Shown here piece after piece: positions 50,411 to 62,871 of a stretch of DNA of 64,000 nt. The notes under the pieces were generated by a model. The model worked only from the letters and a program-made list of their open reading frames with translations, was not told the DNA's origin and made no database searches. How positions within the stretch are numbered: position 1 is the first letter of the stretch; each line of letters begins with the position of its first letter. Source of the DNA: Felis catus (Eukaryota); contig NC_058368.1 in NCBI RefSeq assembly GCF_018350175.1, forward strand, positions 12,834,001-12,898,000. Direction: 5' to 3'. Both the position numbers and the translations under genes were made by a program.

Positions 50411-50927
50411 TCTAGTGGGTAGAATTATGTCCTTCCAAATTATGTCCACGTCTTAACCCCCAGTACCTGTGAATGTGACCTTATTTGGAAATAGGTTCTT
50501 TCCCTATTTCCTAAATAGGGTCTTAGTTTGTACATTAAACTAAGTTAAATATCTCAAAATGAGATGATACTGGATTTGGGGTGAGCCTCAAATACAATGA
50601 TTAGTATTCTAATAAGCAACATGCATCAGGTTTGAGACATCCAGACACAGAGAAGAACCAAAGAGAAGACATGTGAGACAGAGGCAGAGACCGGAATGAT
50701 GTATTTATAAATCAAGGAATGCAAAGGATTATGGGCAAAGTAGGAAAAGAGTAGGTGGGAGAGTGCCCCAGAATGAATTCTCCCGCAGAGCCTCCAGAAA
50801 TAACCAATCCTGCAGACAACCAGATTTCAGACCTCTGGCATCCAGAACTATGAGAGAATACATTTCTGTCATTTTAAGCCACCAAATTTGTGGTAATCTG
50901 TTAAGGGAATAACAGGAAACAAACATA
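50411..50927 (+). mobile_element. MLT1B/C-like MaLR solo LTR
   Basis: gtacctgtgaatgtgaccttatttggaaatagg...catttctgtcattttaagccaccaaatttgtggtaat; TSD gtagt/gttgt. Confidence 0.88.
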
Positions 50928-50954
50928 GTTGTATAATGTTTGAAATAGCTTTTA

Positions 50955-51115
50955 TTTTTTTTTATTTTTAACTGATGTATAGTTGATATATAATACTAAA
51001 TTAGTTTCAGGTATATGACACAGTGATTCAACAATTATATACATTATGAAATGCCCACCATGATTACAGTATTATTGACTATATTCCTTATGCTGTACTT
51101 TTCATCTCCATGACT
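50955..51115 (-). mobile_element. L1 3' end fragment (carnivore/L1MA-like)
   Basis: gtatagttgatata...ttagtttcaggtata...agtgattcaacaatt...tattgactatattccttatgctgtac. Confidence 0.8.
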
Positions 51116-51120
51116 TGTTT

Positions 51121-51341
51121 AAAAATTTTTTTAATGTTTATTTATTTTTGAGAGAGAGAGAGAGAGAGACAGAAAGTGAGCAGGGGAGGGGCAGAGAGAG
51201 AGGGAGACACAGAATCCAAAACAGGCTCCAGGCTCTGAGCTGTCAGCACAGAGCCCGACGTGGGGCTCGAACTCACAAGCTGTGAGATGGTGACCTGAGC
51301 CGAAGTTGGATGCTTAACCACCTGATCCACCCAGGCGCCCC
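51121..51341 (-). mobile_element. SINEC_Fc SINE
   Basis: TSD ccatgactt(g/a)ttt. Confidence 0.96.
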
Positions 51342-51394
51342 CCAAACCCATGACTTATTTAATAGACTTTTGTGTTTTGATGTTTGCTAAACAT

Positions 51395-51526
51395 GGGAGC
51401 CCAGCTGGCTCAGTTGCAAGAGCATGCGACTCTTGATCTCAGGTTGAGTTTGAGCCCCATGTTGGGTGTAGAGATTACACAAAAATTAAATTAAAAAAAA
51501 AAGATTAAAAAAAAGCTTAAAAAAAA
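51395..51526 (+). mobile_element. Short tRNA-Lys(CUU)-derived SINE (SINEC_old type)
   Basis: gcccagctggctcagttgcaagagcatgcgactcttgatctcagg..gagccccatgttgggtg plus tagagattac and A-tail; no CT tract. Confidence 0.85.
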
Positions 51527-52186
51527 TGCCAAACACAATGTCTTATTCCTTTGCAGACCACTGTGGGGCACTATAATCTGTGTCTTTGGGAAGCCGACTT
51601 TGAATGGTCTTTAATTAAAGCTTTGGTAGGCTCTGCGGGAACAGAGTTTACTTTGGGGAACAACAGTGACAAATTCAAGACTCAGGTAAAAGAATCTCAA
51701 CCACCCTGGGGCCAATGGAAAACTCTGCTTTTTCATTGCATAACACTTAACACTCTTGGGGGAAAATAATGATTTAGTAACTAGTTCCCTAAGTAAAAGC
51801 AAATTTTCTTTGAAATGGTTGCTTAGCAGAGCTGTTCTGTGCTCAGCTGTTCTGTGATATTTTGATTTTAAAGTGTCATATGAAAATCTGTCCTATTGTC
51901 TATGCTTTCTAATCCACCATCTACGCTGCTCCTAGAGTTACATATGTACTTTAAACAAATCACATGAATTAAATCACATGTGAATACAAGTTCTTCAGCA
52001 TGACACAAAAGAGCTTTCCTTATCTGGCACTTGCCTAGCTCCTCATCATTTCTCCCTATTCCCCAATCTTTGCACTGTGCCTGTTTTGGCAGATGCTGGT
52101 AGTTGCCTACTGAAAATCTAATCTCGCCTTTTTCCCTATTCTTAGAACTCCAGTTTATTTTAAGGCATCAATATGCCCAGTTTAAA

Positions 52187-52187
<1 letters not shown>

Positions 52188-52220
<33 letters not shown>

Positions 52221-52237
52221 ACACGCACACACACACA
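52188..52237. repeat. (CA)n microsatellite
   Basis: Interrupted CA run. Confidence 0.95.
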
Positions 52238-52344
52238 CGACATTTCTTATCTTTGTTTCAGCCGGGAGTCATCATCTGACACACTTTTGGCCAGAGAGAT
52301 GTAAGCAATTGCCTGTCGGAAAGCCATGGGAAGAGTTTGGTTTC

Positions 52345-52469
52345 TTTTTTTAAGTTTATTTATTTTGAGAGAGAGAGAGCAGGGGAGGGGCAGAGGGAGG
52401 GAGAGAGAACATACCAAGCAGGCTCTGCACCGACAGCACGATTAACTGACTGGGCCACCCAGATGCCCC
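52345..52469 (-). mobile_element. SINEC with an internal deletion
   Basis: gacagcacg joined directly to ttaactgactg; TSD ggtttctt. Confidence 0.88.
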
Positions 52470-52683
52470 TGGTTTCTTGAAATAGTGCCCCCGTTTTTGT
52501 TTGCTTTTATTTCTTCTTCTTCTTTTTGCCTGGCTAAGTGGACAGAAGCCTGGAAGTAGAACAGCAGATAAGAACAGCTACTAGCTACAGATTGGAGGGG
52601 GTGCAGAGATTGAATGAACCTAGGATATGGAAGATAGCATGGAGTTGCTGCACCAGAGCTGGGTCGCCTGCCTCTGATCATCA

Positions 52684-52901
52684 TCTTCTTCTCCTTCTTT
52701 CTTCTTTCTTCTCCCCCTCCTCCTCCTCCCCTTCCCCCTCCTTTTCCTCCCTCTCCCTCTCCTTCTTCCCCTCCCTCTCCTTCTCCCCCTCCCTCTCCTT
52801 CTCCCCCTCCCTCTCCTTCTCCCCCTCCTTCCCCTCCTCCTCTTCCTCCTCCTCCTCCTCGTCCTCCTCCTCCTCCTCGTCCTCCTCCTTCTTCTTCTTC
52901 T
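52684..52901. repeat. Polypyrimidine low-complexity tract with 18-bp tandem units and (TCC)n/(TTC)n
   Basis: ctccctctccttctcccc repeated; almost no purines on the + strand. Confidence 0.95.
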
Positions 52902-53630
52902 ATGGGTGTGGGTGTGTGTGAAAAAAATCAATCTCTATTTGGTTATGCCACTAACTCAGGCCACTTTGACATAAAACCAAATGCAATCCTAAGAGACATA
53001 GCCATTGACAACATATCATTCATCTTTTTTGAATAAATCTTTGCTATCAAGCCTCTATGTCTTAGATTTCTCTCATGGTCTGGAAAATTCCTATTTATCA
53101 TTTAGGATCCAATTCAAGTGGTACCACCTCATAGATGCATTTCACAACTTGCATCCCAATTACTATTCTACCTCAGTCTCCCTACCTGTTGGAGGCATAC
53201 CCTAAAATGAATAGGCAATATTCAGGCATCATTCTTTGAGACATGCTGCTTCCCTCATAGCACTGTCTGGAATATAAACCTTACTTGAAATTGTCAGTGG
53301 GTCCACCTGACTTAAGTGCTCTTTCCTTAGCAAAGTCTGAAAAAAATTTTAACTCATAGTTTATAAAGTCAAAAAAAGAAATAATATTTTTAAATAGGAC
53401 TTTTATATAAACAAATTAATATGGTATATACAGTTAAGTTAGAACAAGCATATATATATGTATATATATGTAAATGCACATGAATATACACACATCTGAA
53501 CACATGGCATATGTGATGTGTCTATGTAAGTGCATGAAATATGTAACTCTGCACACACAAAAATATAAATTCTGTACAAATGGAACAATAATTCTGAACC
53601 AACATAAGATGTCTTAATTGAGATATATGT

Positions 53631-53788
53631 CAGTGTTTCTCAGACTTTAATGTGTATGAAAATTCTCTGGGTATCTCATCAACATGTAGACCAGAAGCAG
53701 CAAGGCGGGGCCTGTGAGTCTGTATTTCTAACAATTCCCAAATGTTGCAGATGCTGCTGGTTTAGGTACCACCCTTTGAGTGGCAAGG
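53631..53788. mobile_element. MER5A hAT-Charlie MITE
   Basis: cagtgtttctcagacttt...ggggcctgtgagtctgtatttctaacaa...gatgctgctggt...accaccctttgagtggca. Confidence 0.85.
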
Positions 53789-53924
53789 ACTGAGTGAAGC
53801 CTTAAGCTACCTGTATTGTAGGAAAATGCCCCTATCTTGATACAGGTATGGTCCTCTTCTACTTCATTTTTTTGGATTATGCAATATATGCACAGTTACA
53901 AATGTTTGGCAAGGCAGAGGTTGA

Positions 53925-54336
53925 CTGTGTGTTCTTTAAGCCCCTTGTGTCTCATACTGGAACATACAGGTGGGATATTTTTCCCAGCTTCTACTTAAGC
54001 TACATATGGCCATATCACTAAGTCTAGCCAATGGGATGTGCTATGTCCTGCTCCCAGTTCTGGCCCCGACACACTTTCATATGTGATCCTACGTGTCTTT
54101 CCCTTTTCATTGGCTTGATTCAAACAAGCATGGTGACCTTGGAAGCCAGCTGGTGAAGGTAGCAGAGACAAAAGATGGAAGGAGCATGTGACCCCATGTT
54201 GGTTCTTGGAAGAGCCACCTACTATTCTAGGATAACTCAGTCTTGAGCTTACATAGTGAGAAATAAAGTTGTATAATTTTTGAGCAATTCTACATTTGGG
54301 GGTCTATTTTTACAGTAAATTTCCTCCCTACTTAAA
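53925..54336 (+). mobile_element. Old MaLR LTR (MLT1H/I-like)
   Basis: ggccatatcactaagtctagccaatggg...gagaaataaagtt...atttgggggtctattttt. Confidence 0.6.
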
Positions 54337-54471
54337 GCAGTGGTAATTTTGTAATTTGGTGAAAACATACCACAATATTAGTGCAGGATTGGTATTTTTG
54401 GGACTGGCTAAGGTTTTCAGTGGGGGGGGGTGTTTATAAATATAAATTACTGTTAAACTAAGTTTTTTTAT

Positions 54472-54486
54472 ATGTATATACTTATA

Positions 54487-54547
<61 letters not shown>
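54472..54547. repeat. (TG)n(TA)n compound microsatellite
   Basis: Direct reading of the sequence. Confidence 0.96.
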
Positions 54548-54811
54548 CCACAGTCACAGGTGGATGAATGAGGCTGATTATATGCCATAAAAAACATGTT
54601 CTAATTTGAATAGTTGCTGTTTTATTTAGAATTTTAAAAAATCACATTCTTTAGAATCTGTCTGGTTTCACCAATGAAATGCAGCATGGAAATTGCATGA
54701 AATTTTTTTTGTTATAATAGTTAAGAAAAAAAGTATAAATAAATTTAAGATATCAAATAAATTAGGAAAATATCTAAATCTACAAATGTCTTCAAAACTG
54801 TGAATAAACAT

Positions 54812-55017
54812 GGGGTGCCTGGGTGGCTCAGTCAGTTAAGTGTCAGACCCTTGATTTCAGATCAGGTCATGACCTCCCAGTTGTGAGGGCCTTGAGGGTC
54901 TTGAGGTCAGGCTCTGCTCTGCATGTGGAGCCTGCTTGGGATTCTCTCTCTCTCTCTTTCCCTCTGTCCCTCCCCTGCATGCATGCACTCTCTCTCTTAA
55001 ATAAATAAATAAATAAA

Positions 55018-55062
<45 letters not shown>

Positions 55063-55065
55063 ACA
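54812..55065 (+). mobile_element. SINEC SINE whose tail contains a (CA)n microsatellite
   Basis: TSD tgaataaaca (54801-54810, 55066-55075) brackets both the SINE and the CA run. Confidence 0.93.
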
Positions 55066-56566
55066 TGAATAAACAGAACTGCTTTTTGAAAATCTATTGC
55101 TAAAGAATAATATTCGAAAGCACTAAAGGAAAGACATATTAATTCAAAATTCCCTTTACGGGTAAGAAGTTCCTATAAAATCTTTCCTAAATTGGAAGGT
55201 AAGAGGATAAGGAATTTAACAGAATATTTGGCCAGAAGGCATCAAAGACATAAAAGAAGTATAAGAAATATAAGGAAAATCAACAGGGTTCTATTAGAAG
55301 TCATTACTAATCCTTGCATTTTTTTCAGTTGTTTATAATAAAAGCTATTTATATTTCATAAGATGATAACTATTGGCTGTAACATATATTGCCCATCACT
55401 TAAAATAAATGAAACTCAAGGAATTTCCGAGCCTTTTCATTCCAGGAATGAAACAGAGAATTGATTTCCATGTAACAGATTACTGTGTAAAGAAATTACT
55501 AACTGGTCAGATTTGCTTTGCTGTCCCTCTCTGAGTATCATTTGTGGGCAAGCTTGTAGGTAAATGTGATTAGTCTTCAAATGCAGAAAATATAAATAAA
55601 TGTACTTTCTTATATTAAACATATTTATGAATGAAAACAGGCAGATCTCCTTGAGCTTACTAAACCAAAATGATAGCCTTCAGATAACATATCAGCTGCT
55701 GGCAATCCACAATAGTAGGGGGCAGGGAAGGTTTGCATCAATGACAGTCAGAATGCAGTCCTCACTTCCCCGTTCAGTCAGTCCATTGTTTCAGCTTTTG
55801 CTTGCCCCAAAGGTTTCCCTCCAGTATCAAACAAGGATTATACAATCTATGCAGCCACAGATACTTGGTGAGGCAGAGGCTAACTATGTGTTCTTTAAGC
55901 CCTTTTCTCTTATACTAGAAAATTTAGCTGGGGTATATCAAACAACGGGTAATAAATCACTAAGTTCAAGGGGAAATAAATCAAATAGTGCTTGGTTTGT
56001 GTTTTGGTTTTGTTTCTTTCTGAGAAGATCTGAGCAAAATGTTACAACGTGTAAGCAAAGTTTGCAAGCCAAGGCGTGCCGGCTGAATCTGGCCAGCAGA
56101 TGTGCTCTGTAGGCCTGCACAGTGGCATTGTTTGTCTCAGGAGATTGAGGGGGGAAATCTGCATTAGGGCTTTTCTCAAAACATTTGAAATTCTATCACC
56201 AGTGACTGGCATCCTGTTTGGGGGGTTGGGGGGGGGTGGGGATCAAGTGAAGCTGAAGACAAACTTCCTGTGTTCTCCCCCTGTCTTGTTCTCCCAAAGC
56301 TTGGACCAAGTATTTGTCTGGCCCCTGTTGGCATTTCTATTTGTAACTTCTGTGTAGAGGAATGGGGGTGGAGGGGCCGTGATAGGAAGAAACAGAGAAA
56401 GGTTTAAAAACTCCACAACTTAAATCTTTATTCAAGAGAAAAAATGGGAATTGCTGGTGCTAGTAACACCTCAACACAAATGTATTTATTATAATGGATC
56501 GGATCCTTCACAGCAGCTGAACAAAAATATAAAAAAAAAAAAAAACTTCCTTGACAAATACCTGCC

Positions 56567-56800
56567 TTTTTTTGGTTTTCTTTTCTTTTTTTTTTTTAAT
56601 GCTTATTTATTCTTGAGAGAGAGGGAGACACAGCGCGAGCAGGGGAAGGGCACAGAGAGGAGACAAAGAATCAGTCGGAAGCAGGCTCCAGGCTCTGAGC
56701 TGTCAGCACAGAGCCTTAAGTGGGGCTCGAACTCACAAACCCCAAGATAATTACCTGAGCCAAAGTTGGAAGCCTAACAGACTGAGCCACCCAGGCGCCC
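56567..56800 (-). mobile_element. SINEC_Fc SINE
   Basis: Head at 56800; long T-rich tail. Confidence 0.94.
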
Positions 56801-57289
56801 TCTAGTTTCCTTTCAATGAGCTGATACTGAAACAAAGAAATAACAACTGTTAATTTAGGTTAAATATATTTGTTTTTCTTTCTACCTACATTATGTGTTG
56901 GGGTCTTCCTGTCTTGATCAGAAAAAGTATACCTCCATCGTTGAATTAATGAATTTGAAGTTTTCGTGACAAATTTCAAAGTTTTTAAATAAAATGTAGA
57001 AATCGTAGAGAATAAGTAACCCAAAAGGTTTATGACCTCTCTAAACTCTTTGTAATTCTTAAAGTCAAAATAGCTGCATTTAGGTTTACATTTCACATAT
57101 TTGGAATCATTTACTCTGTCCTCTTCGTATTTCTCGGTTTTTGTTAATGGCACTGCATCTAGTGTTTCTTAAAATGATAGTGTGGCAGCCCCAAGCAGAA
57201 TAAAAAAATAAGGTCTTTCAAATGAAAGCTAAGGCATGGTTACAGAATACATAGGTATTGCATATTTCATGTTATTTTCTTAACTGTGA

Positions 57290-57749
57290 CCATCTAAGAA
57301 CAACTGGGAACCCAAAAAGGAAATTTGCAACTTTTCATGTTTATGGGCTTTGCTCCTGGGCTCTCAGGGAAGCAGTACTCTAATATTTCCCAAGGTCAAA
57401 ATGACTCAGCAAAACTTCAAAGTATGGGTTCTATTTCTGCCTGGAGCACACATTGTACATCTGCTTTGATAAAGAAAATAACCAAAAAGGAGCATTCTGA
57501 ACACAGAGGATAAGAAAAAGTAAGAAACTTCCCTGGTTCCCATAAAATTAAAGTCATACAGCCCTGCATATAATAGAAACTTAAGGTCTGCAACTTTCTG
57601 AAATGGTCTTTGTCTAATACTTTGTAACTTTTTATGTAAAAAATATGTATACCTTTACACCAAATGTTCCCTTACCGGAGCACTCTATTCTGGTGAAGCT
57701 TGTATATCCCAGACAGCTGTCCTAACTTGGGCTCAAACAAAACTCTCTT

Positions 57750-57785
<36 letters not shown>

Positions 57786-57816
57786 ATTCTAAAAGGTTTG
57801 TTCATTTTGCATCAAC
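57290..57816 (+). mobile_element. Possible ERV1-type solo LTR (5' boundary uncertain)
   Basis: R/U5-like gctgtcctaacttgggctcaaacaaaactct and a ...tcaaca terminus; internal poly(T). Confidence 0.4.
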
Positions 57817-58654
57817 AGGACCACAACACCTTAAAAAAAGCAAAACCCGTATTTTGACATCGTAGGACAAATGTGATTGGCCCTTACTTTTAAATATAAA
57901 AGGCACACTTTTAAATATAAAAAAGGAGGATGAGACTTTTATAAATGTCTTCGCTTTTTCTACATAAAAGTTTTTCCTCTTGCTCTTACCATTAGTGTAT
58001 TTCAAAAGAAAAACAAAACAAAACCCAAAACAATACAAAACAGCAACCATGACTTCAGTGTGGCCTTTCCAACCCCAGACTCTTGAAGCTCTAGTCCGGG
58101 CCGGCTCGTGACTGCGTTCCTGAAATCTGGTTTGATTCGCGGAAATTTCAGACTACTGCGGCCTTTGAAAACCCCACATCAGAATCAGCCCCCTCCTAGC
58201 AGCCCCTCCTAGCAGAAGTAGCGATTCCTTCCCATTTTTTCAAAGAGAATCACCAAGATGGTAAATTAGCCACAGCTTGACCTTTCTAATTGTTCTGCCC
58301 AGTTGTTTGCTGTTTTTCTAAATTGCCAATGTATCTATCATTTGTGTATTTACTTATGCACACCCTGTCCTATTCGAAAAGATCGAAGGTGGTTAGACAC
58401 ATAACTGTGAGCAAAATAAATCTTAAAACCGGTGAAAATGAGGCAGCAAAGGTAGGAATATAAGAACAGAGAGCGTATACAATATGCATGCCAAAGCTGT
58501 GAGACGTGGGCTGCTCACTGTTCCCTACCACCCATCAGGGGAGAGGGACACAGAAGCTGTAGAACTCACTGGCACAGTTTATTGCTACAAACAGAGGAAG
58601 GACAAGAGGTGGAAAAGGGAACAATACCTTCATGATTTAAATGTTGCTCATTCA

Positions 58655-58860
58655 GCGTACCTGCGAGGCTCAGTAGGTTGAGCTCCCCACTCTTCATTTC
58701 GGCTCCAGTCATGATCCCAGGGTCATGGGATCGAGCCCCACATTAGGGAGGCTTAAGATTCTCTCTCCCTTTTCTTCTGCCCCTCCCTTGCTTCCACTGT
58801 TACTTGCCCACACACTGCTCTCTCTCACTCTCTAAAATAAAAAAAAAATTTTTTTAATAA
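58655..58860 (+). mobile_element. Older SINEC SINE
   Basis: Diverged head; TSD taaatgttgct. Confidence 0.88.
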
Positions 58861-60399
58861 TAAATGTTGCTATTTCAAGAAGGAGGTTGAAACAAAGTAT
58901 TAAAAAGAGGCCCTGTATTATTCCCGCCTGTTCATTATTCTCCCTACCTCTGCCCTGCAGAAGCCTTGCAACACTGAAAGCAAGCTGCACCTTGACTAGA
59001 CTGGAGTTCATGACAGTAGCCTGCGTAGCAAGACCTGGACATTTCAACTAAAAGGCAAACTGATTCTGCTCAACCTAGCTGTTCTAGAGCGCAGCGCAGG
59101 GTCCTTTTCAGCCTGAATAAAGCCATAGCTTTGTTTTTTGTGCATCAATGTTCTGGAGGATCCAAAATGAGGCCTTCTCTCTCTCTAGAACTGAGCTGCA
59201 TTGCCCTGCGGGGTCTTCCTCAATGGGGGAATGTGAGAGTTGGGACACCAAATATCACCCTGTTAATGTTAATACATTCATGGCATACACTCATTGCTCA
59301 GATGCCACTGTCTTGTCTCCAAGAACTGCAATGTTTCAGAGTCCCTTTTCTACATCCCATACACCTTGCTGTTTTAGAGCTTGAAATGTGCTGTATCTCA
59401 TGTTGGTGACAGGGTGTTGTCAAGACTGAGCCAAGTTGGTGAGATCTGAGCTGTCAGGTGTTACCGCTCTCCATTAAGACAGTAAGCCAAAAGGAAAGTA
59501 ACCATCAAGCCTTTGATCATTGTGGTCGTGTAAGTGAGAAACTAGGAGAAAGCTCTGCCCTGCTGTTCCCCACTCACGATGTTCCATTTCCCCCCACAAA
59601 ATGCTGCTGGGCGGGAGTCAGGTGGATCAGGCAGATGAGGGGATTGTCTTGTTGCTGGGGGGGAGGTGGTGCATAGAGGCTCCTGCTGCAGAAGATATAT
59701 GAGAACTGAAAAAAAAAAAATCATCAAATAACAGGGTAGTGAGCTGCTGCGATTACAGGGAAAGCTTAGAACGTCACTCAAGTTATCTAGTTAATAAACA
59801 TGTATATAATAATGATTAATTTCTAAGGAAAAAATCAAACTGTAGTTTTGAAAACAATGTTGCAATAAAATGGTCTAATAATATACTGCCATCAATCCTA
59901 GGTCATCATCTCCGCATCCCATTTGCTAAAACCAACATCCACTGATATCTCTATTCCACTTCGTAGAAACATCTCAAAAATTACGAAGTCAAAGAATTGC
60001 TGAATATCATGTCAAAAAAAGGAGTTTCACGCTTGTAAGAATTGGGTATTCTTCCTTCTGGCAAAAGCAAAGAGTAGTGCAAGGAGCTACAGTGTTAGGG
60101 GTGGCAGGGCACGGAGGTGTTACCTGGTGCAGCCTTTCACTTTGTGGACAAGTCCATTCGGGCCTAAACAAAGTGACTTGCCCAAAGTCAAACAAGAAGC
60201 CAGGGCCGGTGCAGGGCCAGGCTGAGCTGTGCCCTGATCCCGAGCAGAAAGTTGTCCATCGCAGAGCAAAATCCCTGGGAAAACAGCTCAGGGTTTTAGA
60301 ATTGCAGAATGTTGCAATCCGGAAGGACCAGCTTAACCCTGTTACATACCTGTGAGGTAACTAGAGGAAACTCAGGATACATAAAAAAAAATCCTTATT

Positions 60400-60609
60400 G
60401 GGGTGCCTGGGTGGCTCAGTCGGTTAAGCATCCGACTTCGGCTTAGGTCATGATCTCACAGCTTGTGAGTTTGAGCCCCGCATTGGGCTCTGTGCTGACA
60501 GCTCAGAGCCTGGAGCCTGCTTCAGATTCTGTCTCTCCCTGTCTCTCTGCCCCTCCCCTACTCATGCTCTATCTCTCAAAAATAAATAAATATTAAAAAA
60601 AATAATAAC
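60400..60609 (+). mobile_element. SINEC_Fc SINE
   Basis: TSD aaatccttatt. Confidence 0.96.
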
Positions 60610-61149
60610 AAATCCTTATTAAAAGCCTAGCACAGTCTCTTCACTGGCCTAGCCTGCCACATCTCCTGACTTTCTCCTTTGTGTTTACTCCTCTCAGGCC
60701 AACAAGTCTTTCAGCAGGAGCCCTGACACTTCCCCATTAGGGATCTATGCCAGTTTGGGTCCTGTATCCTGAAATAACACTCTCCTCCCTTTCTGGCTGA
60801 TTCTAACTGTAACTTCATTCTAAGTGTTACTCTTCGAAAGAAACCTTTCCTGACCAACCTGTTTAGGTGAGTCCCCCTAGAAATCCTGATTAAAGCTAGT
60901 ACTGAAATAAATAAATTTAATATGTGTGGCAATAGAGGCCAGTATATTCTTGGGTTCACTTTGTATTAATCATTGTATTGTTCACTTAATTTTTACTTTT
61001 ATTGGAGGATATGGTAAGAAAAGCCAAAAGATTCCACAAAGGTTGGTATGAAAAATGGCATTCCCACGTCCCTGGTCTCTGCCCCACGACTTGATTTAGG
61101 CTTCCTGGAGAAAACACTTTCAACTCTTTTAGTGTGTGTGTATGCGTAG

Positions 61150-61151
<2 letters not shown>

Positions 61152-61196
<45 letters not shown>

Positions 61197-61197
61197 C
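61152..61197. repeat. (TG)n(CG)n microsatellite
   Basis: GT run ending in gcgcgcg. Confidence 0.96.
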
Positions 61198-62653
61198 TTG
61201 TGTATTAGTATTAACTCCATATTTCTGGATAACACGTATCCTGCTTTTTCTTGATTTTGAAAAATTAGCTATTGACTCCCTACTAAGGAAAATGAGGTCT
61301 TATCTGTCTTACACCAGTCCCCCCTCCTACCAAGATGCAATTCCCAGTGCATTTATATCATAGTTTCTGGTCAGGAAAATATATGGTATTTATGTTAATT
61401 TTGATTATATATGTACTGTTTACAGCTCAGCCACATGCTATAATGTTATAACATTTCCTTTCTTAGATACTAAATGCCCTTCTATATAATTTTTAGGTTT
61501 CTTGCTATTACTAATTGTCTTGTTTTCTCTTTGGCTTAGTTTTTAAGGTACCTATTGCTAACTTACCCTCAGATTCTCTCGCATAGGTGTAAATCTCATT
61601 TGAGTATGTGTGAGATATTAATTTCATCTTCTGCAGACAGTTTTCCTCCTGCTTCAGCCTAAAGTAGTCGTTTTCCAAGCTTTGTCCATCACTATTGCCT
61701 GGACCTTTCCTGCACTGGTGCCCTGGAATGTCCTCTTGCTCGGCTCCACTATGGGATCTCCTGTTCTCAAGATCCCTCTCTCAGAGGCCACACACTGATC
61801 ATTTTTAAAACATTGAGATGAAGTAATATCAGTGACAAGAGCCACAGAACCTCAAAGGACTAAAGGCCTTTTCTTCTTTTATATCAGACATTTAACGACA
61901 TTTTGTGTTTTTACATTTCTAATTGGTTTTCTATGCCATTTCATGTAAAATAAATGTCTCCTTTTAACATCTGCAAGTAACTATTTTCAGTTTTAATATA
62001 TTACCTTTCAAAAAGGTAGCAAGGGCAATTGAAGAGGTGTTAAATATATATCACGGTTAAATCATGCAGAAAAAAGTGCTTTTTTTGCTTTTGAAATTTT
62101 TTGCGTATATAAAGGCTTGAGTAAAATGGGTGAAAGATTGTAATGTGCTGAGGTGGAAAAAAATCCATTTTACGATTTCCAAGACCAAGATGATGAAATC
62201 CACAATGTTCAAATATAGATTTAAATGCTTGTAACTAGCAATCCCCAAGGGAATACTAACCAAGATTTTTGTAAAATTGACAGCTGACTCTAAAATTTAT
62301 GTGAAAATGCAGAGGACAAAAACTGGCAAAGGCAACCTTGATTAAAAAGAACAAAAAGAGTCCAACCACCAGAAACCAAGACCTATTTCAAAACTATAGT
62401 AATCAAAACAGTGTGTTTCTGTGCCTGGATAGACAAATAGGCCAATGGACCAGAATACAGAGTTCAGAAACAAATCCACACATATATGGTCACCTGTTTT
62501 ATGACAAGGTGATCCTACAGTAGAGTGGAGAAAGTTCTCTTCAATAAATAATACTGGTGTAACTGAATATCCACATGGGAAAAAATATATCTTGATGTTT
62601 ATGTCATACACCATACAAAAAATTTTCAGTGAATTTAAAATCTACATGTGAGA

Positions 62654-62871
62654 GGGGCGCCTGGGTGGCTCAGTCGGTTGAGCGCCTGACTTCGGCTCAG
62701 GTCACGATCTCACCGTTTGTGAGTTTGAGCCCCGCGTTGGGCTCTGTGCTGACAGCTCAGAGCCTGGAGTCTGCTTCGTATTCTGCGTCTCCCTCTCTCT
62801 CTGCCCCTTCCCCGCTCATGCTCTGTCTCTCTCTGTCTCTCAAAAATGAATAAACATTAAAAAAAAATTTA
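62654..62871 (+). mobile_element. SINEC_Fc SINE nested in L1M
   Basis: Perfect 18-bp TSD taaaatctacatgtgaga. Confidence 0.97.

Larger units (their letters stand above)
52089..53000 (+). mobile_element. MLT1J-like MaLR LTR broken up by (CA)n, a SINE and a pyrimidine tract
   Basis: tggcagatgctggtagttgcctac...ttttggccagagagatgtaagc...gagttgctgcaccag...aaatgcaatcctaa. Confidence 0.65.

Noticed and set aside
52620..52931. Protamine-like poly-Arg ORF (and poly-Ser ORF on plus)
   Set aside because: Translation of a low-complexity purine/pyrimidine tract
55600..56112. 170-aa plus-strand ORF
   Set aside because: No recognisable domain, non-protein-like composition and no exon-like boundaries
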